Assembly: GCA_964016885.1 (NCBI GenBank) | Contig: OZ024742.1 | Coordinates: 3,658,001-3,722,000 of the forward strand | Source: Eledone cirrhosa | Lineage: Eukaryota | Length of the DNA stretch: 64,000 nt | Direction: 5' to 3' | Part shown: in pieces, positions 26,649 through 42,233 of the stretch | How positions within the stretch are numbered: position 1 is the stretch's first letter | How the letters are laid out: each line of letters starts with the position of its first letter | Program-made: the position numbers and the translations under genes | The notes under the pieces: model-generated | Told to the model about the DNA's origin: nothing | The model's database searches: none | The model's input: the letters and a program-made list of their open reading frames with translations, nothing else

Positions 26649-27012
26649 AGGGGGTGCATTACTGCCAGGGTGTAGGAAGGTGTCAGTGTCAATCAGGGGG
26701 TGCATTACTGCCAGGGTGTAGGAAGGTGTCAGTGTCAATCAGGGGGTGCATTACTGCCAGGGTGTAGGAAGGTGTCAGTGTCAATCAGGGGGTGCATTAC
26801 TGCCAGGGTGTAGGAAGGTGTCAGTGTCAATCAGGGGGTGCATTACTGACAGGGTGTAGGAAGGTGTCAGTGTCAATCAGGGGGTGCATTACTGCCAGGG
26901 TGTAGGAAGGTGTCAGTGTCAATCAGGGGGTGCATTACTGCCAGGGTGTAGGAAGGTGTCAGTGTCAATCAGGGGGTGCATTACTGCCAGGGTGTAGGAA
27001 GGTGTCAATCAG
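26649..27012. repeat. 46-bp minisatellite, about 8 near-identical copies
   Basis: Unit AGGGGGTGCATTACTGCCAGGGTGTAGGAAGGTGTCAGTGTCAATC; degenerate units upstream from ~26500. Confidence 0.95.
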
Positions 27013-27759
27013 GAGGTCACCATCTCAGCGATATTTGAATTCAAACGTAAATGTACTTTTTACGATTTTATTAAAACATGATTTTCATTTCTAACAATAG
27101 CAAAGGGAGATAGATTTCAATGGTATGAAATATTCGATTAGATCGCCACGGTAGTGACTAGTGTTACATTTCATTGATTCCAAGAGGAAGAAAGGTAATG
27201 TTATTGTTAGCGGGATTTGAACTCAGAATATATCGTTTAGTAACAATTTCCAAATGCCGCATACTTTACAGCCGCATAGGCAACAGAAGTAATAACGGCT
27301 TAATCATGTGTGTTATGTAGATTTGGGAGGAGATCTAACGTTAAGATATATGGGAGAGTTTATTACTGTAACATTAAGGATGTGACAACAGCATTTTACA
27401 TTCGATTCGTCTTTAAATTCTAAATAATTCCCAAATATGGAAACTGAAACAGTAGCTTTGATGGTCAGCAAACACAGTTCCGTTGTTTCTGTGCTTAAAA
27501 TGTTTTCATTCATCAATTATTAGCACCGACTAACAGAGGAACCAAATTAAATACAACCACAGGAATTCATTATATTTAGCCTGCATTGATAGCTGGTAAT
27601 TCCAGGCTCACGGCAACGAGCCAATAGCACTCCGCCAGAGCCTGTCCTAAACCAGGTTGAGAAAGGTGGAAGGTTAGTCGTAGAGATGGTACTGCTACCC
27701 TGTTAGAATATTCACTCACGAGAGAAAAAATAGTTTGCATAAATATAGTTTTAAATAAT

Positions 27760-27923
27760 TGATTCTACTTTTTGAACAAGGCTAGCAATTATCCTATTGC
27801 ATTACTGGTACTTTATTTTATCGACCCTGTACGTTAACCTCAGCGGGATTTGAACTCAGGCCGTAAGTATGCTGCAAAGCATGGCATCCGACCCTCTACC
27901 GATAATGCCAATCCACCGCCCTT
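27760..27923 (-). mobile_element. Octopus-type tRNA SINE with 17-bp TSD
   Basis: GGCGGTGGATTGGCA..GAGTTCAAATCCCG..GGGTCGATAAAATAAAGTACCAGT; ATATAGTTTTAAATAAT at 27743-27759 and 27924-27940. Confidence 0.85.
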
Positions 27924-28387
27924 ATATAGTTTTAAATAATGCTGAGAATCTTCAATTCGTCGTGGAATGTTAATTCACTTTGGATTGTTACATCCAAGCA
28001 ACCTAAAAGTTGGCTTAGTTTAGGCTTCAGAAATATGTAGAAATCCAGAACCTAAAATTAGTTTTACTCTTACATTTTCTGAAACCAGAAACATCTTTTT
28101 AAATAGTGGAGTAATTCGGGTAATTAATATAAATGAAATCCGATTCTCATCAGAAACATTCATCAGTGCTTATTACTTGACGTTATATAATGTTCAAGAA
28201 TATCTGTTGAAATGTAAAAAGAGCAACTTTCATAAAAGGCCACATAGCATATGAACTTCTCCTTGTTGTTCATGCACACTATCAGCTGTCTAGGTGTATG
28301 ATTGTGACTTAAAACATAGAATATACCAATATACATTCATACATAAACACACACACACACACGCACGCACGCACGCGCGCACGCACA

Positions 28388-28514
<127 letters not shown>

Positions 28515-30199
28515 ACACACACACAAGCCTTTATAAATTAAGATCATGCTGTCTAATCTTAATCTGACTTAGAACTTCGAAAAAGTTTTCAACGATATGA
28601 CAACGATAGGAAAATTCATTTTAATTTCATTATCAAAATGTCTTACTCAGTGAAATTCAACAAAAGAAAAAATTGTTCCAGAAAGAATCGACGCAATAAA
28701 TCAAAGAATTTAGAGCTGAATTTCTTGTCTGTAGCTTGAAATATATTAACACCACAGCATTGGTGTTAATATATTTCAAGCTACATATATTTAATTCTAA
28801 TCGGATTTCAGAATATAATCGATGGTGTTTTTCAGACAAAAGTATCGATTTTTTTTGACAAATCTTGTTTTCTTTTGTTTTTAAAGTATTGTTGGAGTTC
28901 AATCAGTGAAATTGAAAACATTATTTTACCATTATTTGATTTATCGATACAGTGGAATGAAAGAAAAAAACAGATTAATCCCGATGAAATTATTGACTCA
29001 GAATTGCGAAACTGATTTTAATGGCTGAATTCTTCAGATATATGTTATATGTCAGATAACCTGCTGTAAAAACAATCCGTTATTTTCTAAACCATTAACA
29101 CTGAACAATACGATTAAATGTGAATTAATCTAATTGTCTAAGATATCTTTAATAGCTCAGTATCTGATCCCATCCACCAGGGTTAATAGTAAAATCGGTT
29201 AGTTAAAGTTTATTGCTAATATTACACACAAAAGGGGGAAAGGGCTAAATCTTCAAATATAATTCTGATGTCATGGGAACTAAATATAAAAAAAGGAACA
29301 AATATGTTTCTCTCTGAAAATTATTAGTCCGTAAAAAGAATGCATAAAGATTTGCGACAATACACAAATTGTCTCCTTAGACAACTTTGAAGTGACAAGA
29401 CAGCTGAAACTTCAAAGCCACTGCATAGTTTTTCTTTGGAGTTTATAAAACCGTATTCTGTCCACATGGCCTACTCCTTCAGTTAACGTTTGAGTGGTTC
29501 TATGCAGAAGAGTACGTAAAACAATAGATTATAATTTGAATCTCCTACAATACCGCCTTCAATACAATATAATTTAAAGGATAAAATTCAATAAATGCTC
29601 GTATTATGCAATGAAAAAAGAAGTCCCTTACAGTATATACTTGTTCAAACATCCGTTTAAATGAATTATCTCTCAATAATTTTTACGTTAAATATTTCGC
29701 TAATGTTCTAAAACATTAAAAGCTTTAATATCTAAATCAGCCCATTGGTTGTAAATCAATAGTATCAAGTAACTATAGTTAAACTGGATAGCTAACAGTC
29801 GCAGGGCAAGTGAATAATTATCAAGTGTGTCCTTTAGATCATAATGCAAAGAGCATACTTCTCTCTATGCTTAGAACATGCAAGGAAGATAAAAAGAAAA
29901 CTACTTCACTATATTCTTCTGTAATTTCTTTCATCAGTTTCTGATCTAGATTATGTTAGTTGTTCTGGCTGCACACGTTAACCATTGTTCAACTACATAG
30001 TAATTATTTTAACACTATCTCTGCCAGTACGTCAATATTCACAGAGGATATTCAATATGCCACAAAAATGTTCGGAGTTGTCTCCCGTAATTTTTCTCTT
30101 CACCCACATATTCCTGGGAGGAGAGTGAGGTTAGAGTCCTCAAACACGCTTTTTAGAGGGTCCTATAAAAAAAAAAAAAACTGCCTTTTATATATTTTC

Positions 30200-30720
30200 G
30201 TTTTCTTCACCTACTTATTCCTGGGAGCTTTGCGGGTCCTCTTAGAAACAACCGTCTCCAATTAATCCGGCTCTATCCTTAGGGGAGACCGGCCGAGGTC
30301 ATGGATGTTACCCAACCATCTTGATAGTCGTTTACGTCTGGGTCTTTTGCCGGTTCGCTTAACCCTTAAAATCCAACGATTATTTCCTTAGACATTCTAA
30401 CCGCATGTTCGTTATTTGACACTTGTGATCTCTCGGTTCGGAAAAGTAGCAGTTCTACCTGGAGCAACGCCCTCATCTCTGTGCTATACACTCTATTGAG
30501 TAACATTACACAAATGTCATTTGGAGGGCCCCCGTTTTGTCTGCATGGGTTGGCATGAACACCTAATTGAAGATAGAGAGTTTGGCCTTTATACCTACTG
30601 CCCTTCTTCTGATTACTAAGAGCTGATGTGGCGCAATACTGCACCAGCCCCTGCATTATTTGCAGTTACTTTAGCATACTGCCTTCCATAACTCACTAAA
30701 GGAGAGCCAATAGCACACAT
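30200..30720 (-). mobile_element. Decayed RTE-clade LINE 3' fragment
   Basis: Frame-broken AVRMS.. and GKRPRRKRLSRWLGNIHDLGRSPLRIEP resemble the RTE C-terminal GRPR..W motif. Confidence 0.6.
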
Positions 30721-30957
30721 TTATGGGTATTCCTATAGACGTTTAAAGTGATTCTAGGAGTCAATTGACATTTATTTTCTTGACCATGGAAGATGTATGG
30801 AAAAAAGACCATGTCGGATTTCGAACGAAAAAGTATAATATAAGACAAGACGCCTACAGTAAGAAGCAGAGAAGAATTAATGTAACTTATTCATTAGAAT
30901 TAGAATTAAAAGCATGCTGTCCAATCTATAATATAAATGTATTATATATATATATAT

Positions 30958-31833
30958 AAACGGAAAAAATGAAACGAAATTTCATTTCTCACTCTTAGTA
31001 CGGCTGTTACTTAAATATAAGTATGTATACGTACATACATATATGTATACAGACGTAGAGTAGTATGTATATATATATACATACATGCACACATATATAT
31101 ATGTACGTATGGATTCACCGAACATTTATTATAATGCTCGGTGTGTTTGTAAACAAACATCCCGAATTAAGCCGTACAGTGTCTAGCAACCATCGTTGCT
31201 CATTTGTTCAACACTGACAAAGGAACGCTGTACTAGTTTCAAGCTTATTAGCTATCGTCAGCAACGTATACCTTCCTGCCAGATTGTTGAACGTATATAC
31301 TTTCCTTATGCATATTAACGGCTGAGTAGCCTAATTTGCATATCGAGTGAGTTAATCGGCCGGGTACCGAAAACGATAAACGGAAAAAATGAAACGAAAT
31401 TTCATTTCCCACTCTTAGTACGACTGTTACTTAAATATAAGTATGTATACGTACATACATATATGTATACAGACATACAGTAGTATACATACATGCACAC
31501 ATATATATATATGTACGTATGGATTCACCGAACATTTATTATAATGCTTGGTGTGTTTGTAAGCAAACATCCCGAATTAAGCCGTACAGTGTCTAGCAAC
31601 CATCATTGCTCATTTGTTCAACACTGACAAAGGAACGCTTTACTAGTTTCAGTCGTACTAAGTGAGAAATGAAATTTCGTTTCATTTTTTTTCGTTTATC
31701 GTTTTCACTCGATATGCAAATTAGGCTGCTCACCGTTAATATGCATAAGGAAAGTATATACTTTCAGACGTTCAATCATCTGGCAGGAAGGTATACGTTG
31801 CTGACGATAGCTAATAAGCTTGAAACTAGTACA
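30958..31833 (-). mobile_element. Retrozyme-like 420-nt tandem unit (~1.6 copies) plus inverted piece
   Basis: 30961 repeats at 31381; HHRs at 31225-31267 (-) and 31795-31833 (+); same family at 35481 and 60870. Confidence 0.8.
31225..31267 (-). ncRNA. Minimal type I hammerhead ribozyme
   Basis: ACGUUG-CUGACGA-(U)AGC UAAUAA GCU(U)-GAAA-CUAG-UA-CAGCGU; same motif at 35711-35753 and 61080-61122. Confidence 0.88.
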
Positions 31834-32605
31834 AGTTACTCCTCCATTTACATTTATTGGTAGGTGATGCGCGTTTCGCCACTGCTCAGCTCAAGGTTCG
31901 ATCTGTATCGATCTTACCCGACTCAATAATCCGCAGCTCGACGAACCCCTTAAAATGGTAGGTTCTACTTTGTAATCCATTGTAGCATCTGGTCCTGTAA
32001 ATATAATGTCAATCATATCACCCCATCACCACCACCACCAACACCGCACACATCGCTATATGTCTACCATCCCATACCCACAACCATATTCCCCCATGTT
32101 CCCTCTGTCTGTTTTAACCTACAATCATTCGTTAAATTCGATCCTGTAAATATACTGTCGCACACACAACCACCGCCACCACTAGATACATCACCATACT
32201 TCAACAATCATTAACATCATTAAAATCACCAACACATCATCTCTCCCTCCCAGAACCATTGTATTATATCTGCCCTCTCTGTCAGCTTTAACCTGTAAAC
32301 CACCGTAACACCTGATCATGTAAATATATTGTTGAGCATATCACCTCATCGGCACCACCACCACGACCACTACCGTACACATCGCTATATGTTCACAACC
32401 TTGCTTTCCCCGTGTTCCCTAGGTCACTTTTTAACCTGTAACCCATCGTATAATTCGATCCTGTATATGTTTTGTCGCTCACAACATCACCACCGCCACC
32501 ACAAGACACATCTCCATACTCCAACAATCATTAACATCATTAACATCGCCAACACATACTTTCCTCCCTAAACAACGCAAGTGTGTGTGTCTGTGTGTAG
32601 GTATG

Positions 32606-32656
<51 letters not shown>

Positions 32657-32660
<4 letters not shown>

Positions 32661-33370
32661 AAGTGAGTCCTTCATCAGTGACCCTCCAACCGTCCTCGGC
32701 ATTTCATCGCTTTAAGGGCCATATGCCTCAGGTTGGTGCGAACAACGGCTAAAAAAAGTCGTTGGGACACGTAAATAAAGGGGGACGCTAGAGTAACAAC
32801 AAAAAGGTTTAAGCAACGGAAAGTGAGTAGAAATAGACAAGTCCCAGATCTCTATGAATATAAACTCTGTGAAATCGTGAACAAGAGTCGAAAGACCATC
32901 AGACCTGGTTGAAATGTGAGCAAGGAAAGAATTTCGCCCAAGTTTGACGGGGGGGGGAAAAAGAGAGAGAGAGAGAGAAAGAAAAAGGAGAGAAGAAGAA
33001 GAAGAAGAAGAAGAAGAAGAAGAAGAAGAAGAAGAAGAAGAAGAAGAAGAAGAAGAAGAAGAAGAAGAAGAAGAAGAAGAAGAAGATAAGGGGGTCTGGT
33101 CTACGAATTCGGTAAACGCAAGTTTTGTGAAGTCGCAGACGAAAGAGAGAGAGAAAAAAATTCCATACCAGCTCGGTCAAGACTGCGCGAGAAAAGAATT
33201 ACACACAGGTCAAACTTGAAGGAGGAGGAGGAAAGAGGAGGAGGAGAGGTAGTGACAGAGAATGAGTGAGTGAAAGTTGAGGAGAGAGTAACAGAGAGGG
33301 AGACTGCTAGAAGTGGTAAAGATACAAGGAACGAAACAGACGAAGGCAGCATGGAAAAGTTATATGTGTA
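32657..33370 (-). mobile_element. Non-coding element carrying the permuted hammerhead (copy 1), with a (GAA)n expansion
   Basis: Homologous to 39597-40136 and 60208-60799; starts at an (AT)n tract. Confidence 0.75.
32665..32770 (-). ncRNA. Non-circularly permuted hammerhead ribozyme candidate (copy 1)
   Basis: GUCC-hairpin-UCGCA-CCAAC-CUGA-GGCA-UA-UGGCCCU-UAA-AGCGA-U-GAAA-UGCC-GAG-GACG-GUUGG-AGGGUCA-CUGAUGA-A-GGAC. Confidence 0.75.
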
Positions 33371-34228
33371 AATATGATGATAATAATGGATATACATGTG
33401 TATATATATATATATATATTTATATGTACAACGCCATCTCCATTGGCTCTCCCCCTCCCTCTATCTATGTTCTACGCCATCCCCACTGACACCCCACCTC
33501 TCTCTATATACACACACACATGTGCATATGTGTGTATATATATATATGTGTGTGTATGTGTATGTATGTGTGTGTATGTGCGTGTATGTGTATATATGTC
33601 AGTGTGTATATACGCATGTGTATGTATACAACGTTATTGTCAAACTAAGTGTGTCTAGGTATGTATCTCCTCATTGTATTTGACACCGCTAACACATCCA
33701 CCAAACCACCATAAACACCATTACCATAAACAACAACACCACACCCACACTACACACAATAATCAGCCACAACTACACGCCAATCTGTCTACCGATAATC
33801 CCCCACCCCCACACCGCAGCCCATCTTAGCCTGCGACCGTCACCACCATCTTATCATCACATGCACCCCCACATACCCTACAGCTGAAAACATCCCTATG
33901 ATCTATTCCACCAATCAAAACAATCCTTATTGACCAACATATGAACTTCTGACTTTATCATATAGCATGTATTCATTTTCTACTAGCATTCTAAGGCGTC
34001 CGTCGAGCTGCGGATTATTGAGTCAGGTAAGATCGATAAGATAGAACTCTGAGCTGATAAGTGGCGAAACGCGCGTCACCTACCAATAAATGTAATGAAG
34101 GAGTAACCAATCGTTCTTGTTATCTTTTCAATATATTACACTCTGTCTAGCTCTACACCACGACACAGAAGTGAACCTAAACATCGAGTGCTCACCCGGG
34201 TGAACCTACAGTAACTCCAAATTACACT

Positions 34229-34259
<31 letters not shown>

Positions 34260-34513
34260 CGGGATAACAAATTATTGTTATAGGTAGTCCAGTTAGAGTA
34301 CTCCGAGTAGTGGATAGTATTAACGCTTGGCTAAGTTTGACTCAACAAGACGTTTTCGTCGTGATGCTGCGAGTACGCGGTCATTTCTATGTAGTTTACA
34401 CTTGGAGTAATAATAAATCAAGAAAGAAGAGTGACATGGTTTGCTATACAATAAGGGCTTTATGAATAAACCCCTTATTGTATAGCAAACCATGTCACTA
34501 TTCTTTCTTGATT

Positions 34514-34879
<366 letters not shown>

Positions 34880-35480
34880 ATGAAATATAAGAATCAAAGA
34901 ACTGTTCAAAACATTATTGTGCTTACAGCTGTTTCCTCCAAACCGAGGTTTGGATTCTTCGGAGCAATTTATTAATGAATGGACAGTTATATGACCTCCT
35001 TTTCAGCCAAGAGACATACCGATACATATGCAAATATTGTGGGTCAACATTCATTACAGCATTTAGAGTGGCAGTACACACTTCGAGATTACATTCATAT
35101 TAAAAGGTACAATCAAAAATCAAAAATACAGGTTAAAATACATGAAGATAAGCGGTTATATAGTGCAAATGTTATATGTGTGGCAAGCACGTGCGTCTTG
35201 TTTATATAGTGTGGCAGAGAGTTACGTGTAGTAGGAGCACTTAGGTAGGTAAACAAGAGTGTTAGGTTGGTTGATCTGGTGGCAAATTCTCTATATGATT
35301 GTTATAGTCTGTGTGTGGAGAGATGATATAAGCATTAAAAATAGTGCAAGCATTAAAAATATTAAAATACATTATGTATAAAATACATTACTGCCTACCA
35401 CTATTTAGGGTTTGTATAAAATACATATAACTGGAAAAGGTTCTTGTATTTACATAACCATAAATAGTATAATTAATACT

Positions 35481-37840
<2,360 letters not shown>

Positions 37841-37843
<3 letters not shown>

Positions 37844-38246
37844 TAGAAGGGGTATTTAATTTGTTGGAAATCCGACTAATATAAATATAAATGTTTATAA
37901 CTGACTTAGAGCACTCAACAGCTTACTGGAGTAAATAGTCAATGATATTAAATAAATGGAAACTATATTTATAAAACCATATTTATTTTATTATATATAT
38001 TTCAAGTGTACCAAAAGACTTTGGTACGCTATCTTCAGATAAAATACAAAATTTGTTTTATAAATAGAGACATACCCAGGAAAATCATAACTTATCAGTT
38101 GGATATTCTCTGGATAGTGGAAATGTATTAGGGATCTTTCAAACTTATGGGTGAATATGCAAATGAATATGTAAATAATTGAAAAGCAACCGTTTATTTA
38201 AACGAATATGGAGATAAAGAAGAGAGAAGAGAAGAAGGACAAAATA

Positions 38247-38317
<71 letters not shown>

Positions 38318-39420
38318 AAAACACCGAAGATGAATAAAAACTCATATAACGTTAATTTGAGGGAAATATATTCGGACAATTACCTATGTTTATATGTAAA
38401 TATATATCTTAATATTATGTGTATTTATATTAAAAGGATATTATACGATTATCAGTTGTTTAAAATTTGTTTATAATATAATATTTTTCATTTGTTTATA
38501 AGTAGATAAATAAATAAATAAATAAATAGATGGGTATATGATGTTATAGATATTTGTTCAAATGAGTTATAAGGGATATTTGTTTTGTATTTTATGTAAA
38601 TAAATATGTATTTAAAGTTAAATTAAATTAACTGAGTTAAGTAAGAATATTTATATTTATATTTATATGATTAAAAGGGAAGATAAGGAAAAAACTCCGG
38701 TTTTATTTATTTGTGTTAGACTATTTAGTCAAAATAAGTATGGATGTTTGAGATACATTTAGCCAGAATCAGTTAGTGGTTATTAATCTATTGAAAAAAT
38801 ATTGATAAAATATATTGAAAAAATATATTGAAAAAATATATTAAAAAATATATTTAAAATATTGAAAAGAATATTGAGAAATTTTTTTTAAATTAAAAAA
38901 AAAAAAAAAATTTGTTTTAATTTAAAAACAAATTTTTTTATATCTTGAGAAAAGTTTTTGAGAAAATTTAAAAAAAAACTTTTAAAAAATAATTTTTGAG
39001 AGATTTAAAGAAATAAAAAAATTATTCAAATTGTAAAAAAAAAAAAATTTTTTTTAATTAGAATTATAAACATATATTATATGAAAATGTTTAAGAAGTG
39101 GAAGTACAACAAATGTTAGAGATATGATTTAGAGTTATCAATATATTATATTATATTATATTAATATATTATATTATATTATATTATTAAACCAAGTAGA
39201 TGAGATTGTTATGGAGATTAATAGGAATATTATAGGTATAATTATATGTTATATATAGTTCTGATTGTTGAATTCTGGTGATGTCTACGAGAATTAAATA
39301 AATTCGTTCTTAGATTAATTGAGTTTTTTACAGTTAAGTATATTCTGGTACCCTTGAAATATATATAATAAAATAAATATGGTTTTATAAATATAGTTTC
39401 CATTTATTTAATATCATTGT
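37841..39420 (-). mobile_element. Naiad-family 3' fragment; HHR at 37984-38046 (-); short inverted end at 39347-39420
   Basis: UAUUUUAU-CUGAAGA..GUACC/GGUAC..GAAA-UAUAUA-UA-AUAAAAUA plus the shared terminal module. Confidence 0.75.
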
Positions 39421-39551
39421 ATATATACATATTATATAACGAAGGAAATGTGGTAAGGAACCTGGTGGACCATAACGCACCAAAGTACTCAATACGGTCC
39501 AGAATTAGCCGTCGAAACGGCTTGAGCTCAGCCGTCGGGGTCCTACTCGTT

Positions 39552-39596
<45 letters not shown>

Positions 39597-39597
<1 letters not shown>

Positions 39598-40136
39598 TGA
39601 AAATACTCCGAGAAACGGGACTGTCCATCATCAGTAGTCTGCTGATTATCATTGGTATTTCTTCGCATTAAAGACTAGATACCTCAAAATCAGTGCGACC
39701 GAAAACTAAAATAAGTTATCGGGACAGAGCGAATTGGAAGGGGAAAGTGAACAAACAACATGGTAGTAATGCAACGTAAAGAGTGGAAAAGAGAGACAAG
39801 TCAATGAATCTTGTGGACTTAAGTCCGAACAAATCAATCGACGAGAAGAGGCAGACACGTCCGAGCCACGCGAAAAGTGAGAGAGAAAAGGATTTCACAC
39901 AGGTCAGACGGGAGGAAATGAGAGAGGGGGAGTAGCAGAGAGTGAGTGAGTGAAAGTGTGAGGAAGAGGCTACCGAGAGGGTGTGACCAACAAAGGGGGT
40001 GAAAGAAAGCAAGAGATACAAGGAGAGAGAAGGGGAGAGAGAAAGAGGATAGCAGTAAGGTGATAGAAAAAATACGAACCACAGCGAGGGGAAAAATTAT
40101 ATGTGAATGAAAAAATGGCGTGCTGCGTTGTTGCGA
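39597..40136 (-). mobile_element. Non-coding element carrying the permuted hammerhead (copy 2)
   Basis: Homologous blocks such as CACACAGGTCARAC and GAGTGAGTGAAAGT shared with 32657-33370, more diverged in 60208-60799; (AT)n flanks. Confidence 0.75.
39621..39727 (-). ncRNA. Non-circularly permuted hammerhead ribozyme candidate (copy 2)
   Basis: CUGUCC-hairpin-UCGCA-CUGAUU-UUGA-GGUA-UC-UAGUCU-UUAA-UGCGA-A-GAAA-UACC-AAU-GAUA-AUCAG-C-AGACUA-CUGAUGA-U-GGACAG. Confidence 0.78.
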
Positions 40137-40139
40137 ATA

Positions 40140-40405
40140 TATATATATTAACAAAACTGGCGGTCGTATATATGTATGTAAGAAAATCTTCGCCAAACGG
40201 CTGGACCAAACGGCACAGAATTTGCACCACAGATGTAACTTTTTCCAAGGAAACGAGAGACGAGAGACGAGAGACGAGCAACGACTCGATTTATGAAAGA
40301 ACCACGGCAATAAACTATATTCGAAAGGGGGAAGCAATTGGAATAGCGGAGTTGCCTCCCTAGCATTATACCAGTGCAATCGAAACAGGTTTGTAATACT
40401 TATAC
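40140..40405 (+). mobile_element. Possible decayed non-autonomous Helitron
   Basis: ATATATT-A-rich start, GTATGTA tract and AAACGGCTGGACC..AATTTG motif resemble invertebrate Helitron 5' ends; no clean hairpin-CTAG end. Confidence 0.35.
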
Positions 40406-41117
40406 TTCCAAGTACATATATATATATATTTTACCTGTCTTCTCTTATCGTCTGTTTAACCAAGCGAAGCTAGGTACGTCAGCTATATATATATATATAT
40501 ATATACTAGTTGGCCCGTCCAGCTGGCGCCCGGCTTGGTATACCGGTCTTTTATCTTTTCAGGAAGCCCCCCTGCACTACAGTGCAAAGATACCGCACGC
40601 CTTCTCAAGTCATATTGTCGTTCCGAGGTTAAATCAATCCTTCTCAAAAGGGTCCAGCAGGATGTTGTGTGGATGTTGTGTGGAGGGTTCTCTTTAATAA
40701 AAACAATATTAAAATCTCCTTCTCCACGACACCGAACCTAGCTAGCCACATCGCATTGAGTAATCATCATAAACTAAAAAAAATATAACTCCCACACCGC
40801 GGTACCACCACCCCTCATAAATACACTACGCAACTATACCAATACTTATTCTAGTAGCATATCTCCCCCTCCAATCCAAGCCGCATAGTTTAAACAACCC
40901 TACTCTTACTAATCGCAACAGTAATTGCAGATCTTGCTTAATACAGCCTCGACAGAAGCGTAATGCTTGTTTATAGTAGACATTTGAGCTACCCAGGACT
41001 CTTTTCGTGAAATGCCAATCTATGTAATCTTACAGTCACGTAACCATCTTACTTTACTTTATTTTATATTTCTTATTTCATCTTATCTTTATAAATATTT
41101 TCATTATCTCATCTATA

Positions 41118-41239
41118 GTTCTGAAGAGCTGCTCCTTAACATTACTTAAGTTACTTATCTTCCTCTGAACCAGATAAATAACGATCTAATAATCAATTGA
41201 ACCAGAAACATTATAGGGAGTAGCGAAACAATTGTAAAC
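41118..41239 (+). ncRNA. Hammerhead ribozyme with a large stem II insertion
   Basis: GUU-CUGAAGA-GCUGCUCCU..GGGAGUAGC-GAAA-CAAUUG-UA-AAC, inside a non-coding element at ~40510-41362. Confidence 0.8.
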
Positions 41240-41388
41240 GGACATTATTATTCCTTACATTAAACTACAATTATACTCTTTATTCCTTACATTAAACTGC
41301 AACTATGCTTTAACTAACGTCTTCCATGTGAACTTTGTGGTCTTGTTTTGCTTAACTAATGAATATATATATATAAATATATATATAG

Positions 41389-41850
41389 CAAAAAAGAAAA
41401 AAAACAATAGAAAATGCTAAAGGGATTTTCTCTCAGAATAACATCAAAGCAATTATTCACAAAATAGGTATTTCCGCATTATTTGTATCTGTTTCAGCTT
41501 GTGGACTTCTTCACTCGAGGAAGTGTATAATGCAATTAAATTGCATATTAATAAGAGTAAGAAGAATATGGGGGAAAATTGTTTTTATATACATATTTAG
41601 GGAGAAACTAGAGACAAAAATGTGAACTTTTCTCCCTAAATATATATGTAAAAACAATTTTTCCCCATATTCTTATTATTCTTATCAATATGCAATTTAA
41701 TTACATTATACACTTCCGTCGTGTGAAGAAGTCCACAAGCTGAAACCAGTACAAATAATGCCGAAATTCCTATTTTGTAAATGTTTTGATCTTATTCTGA
41801 GAGAAAATCCCTTTAGCATTTTCTACTCTTTTCTTGTTTTTTTTCACTAT
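41389..41850. mobile_element. Fold-back element (~220-bp inverted arms)
   Basis: 41389-41608 is the reverse complement of ~41629-41845; degenerate GTGAAGA..GAAA motif. Confidence 0.65.
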
Positions 41851-41896
41851 TTTATATATATCAACTTCTCTACGTTATCTCACATCCTCTCTCACC

Positions 41897-41962
<66 letters not shown>

Positions 41963-42233
41963 ATATATATATATATATATATATATATGATTATTCTTTT
42001 AAATTTCCAATTGAGTTCTTATACACGTGGTTTATACCTAACAGGTTTAATTGACCAGCGTGTATATTGTTTTATTTTATGATAACCTCCCTTTACCCTT
42101 TTGGGGACAGCGTGTAATTTTTATTTGGGAGAACTGCTGGATGTTAATCTACCACTCTCTTCTTAGCGCTGAGGGAGACCATCACCATTATATCGATGTC
42201 GATATAATTCTTATATCGATATTAATTTGGGCA

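Larger units (their letters stand above)
31834..34231 (+). mobile_element. Non-coding PLE-like 3' fragment with inverted 5' piece, interrupted by a nested element
   Basis: 31836-31950 is the reverse complement of ~33990-34107; CA-rich interior with a ~320-bp internal duplication; GAAA-CGCGCG-UC half-motif. Confidence 0.55.

Noticed and set aside
26649-27012. CRISPR array
   Set aside because: Contiguous identical units with no unique spacers, no cas genes, eukaryotic context.
41389-41850. MITE/DNA transposon reading of the long palindromes
   Set aside because: Arms are asymmetric, contain HHR-like parts and sit in (AT)n, matching PLE 5' inversions rather than TIR elements.
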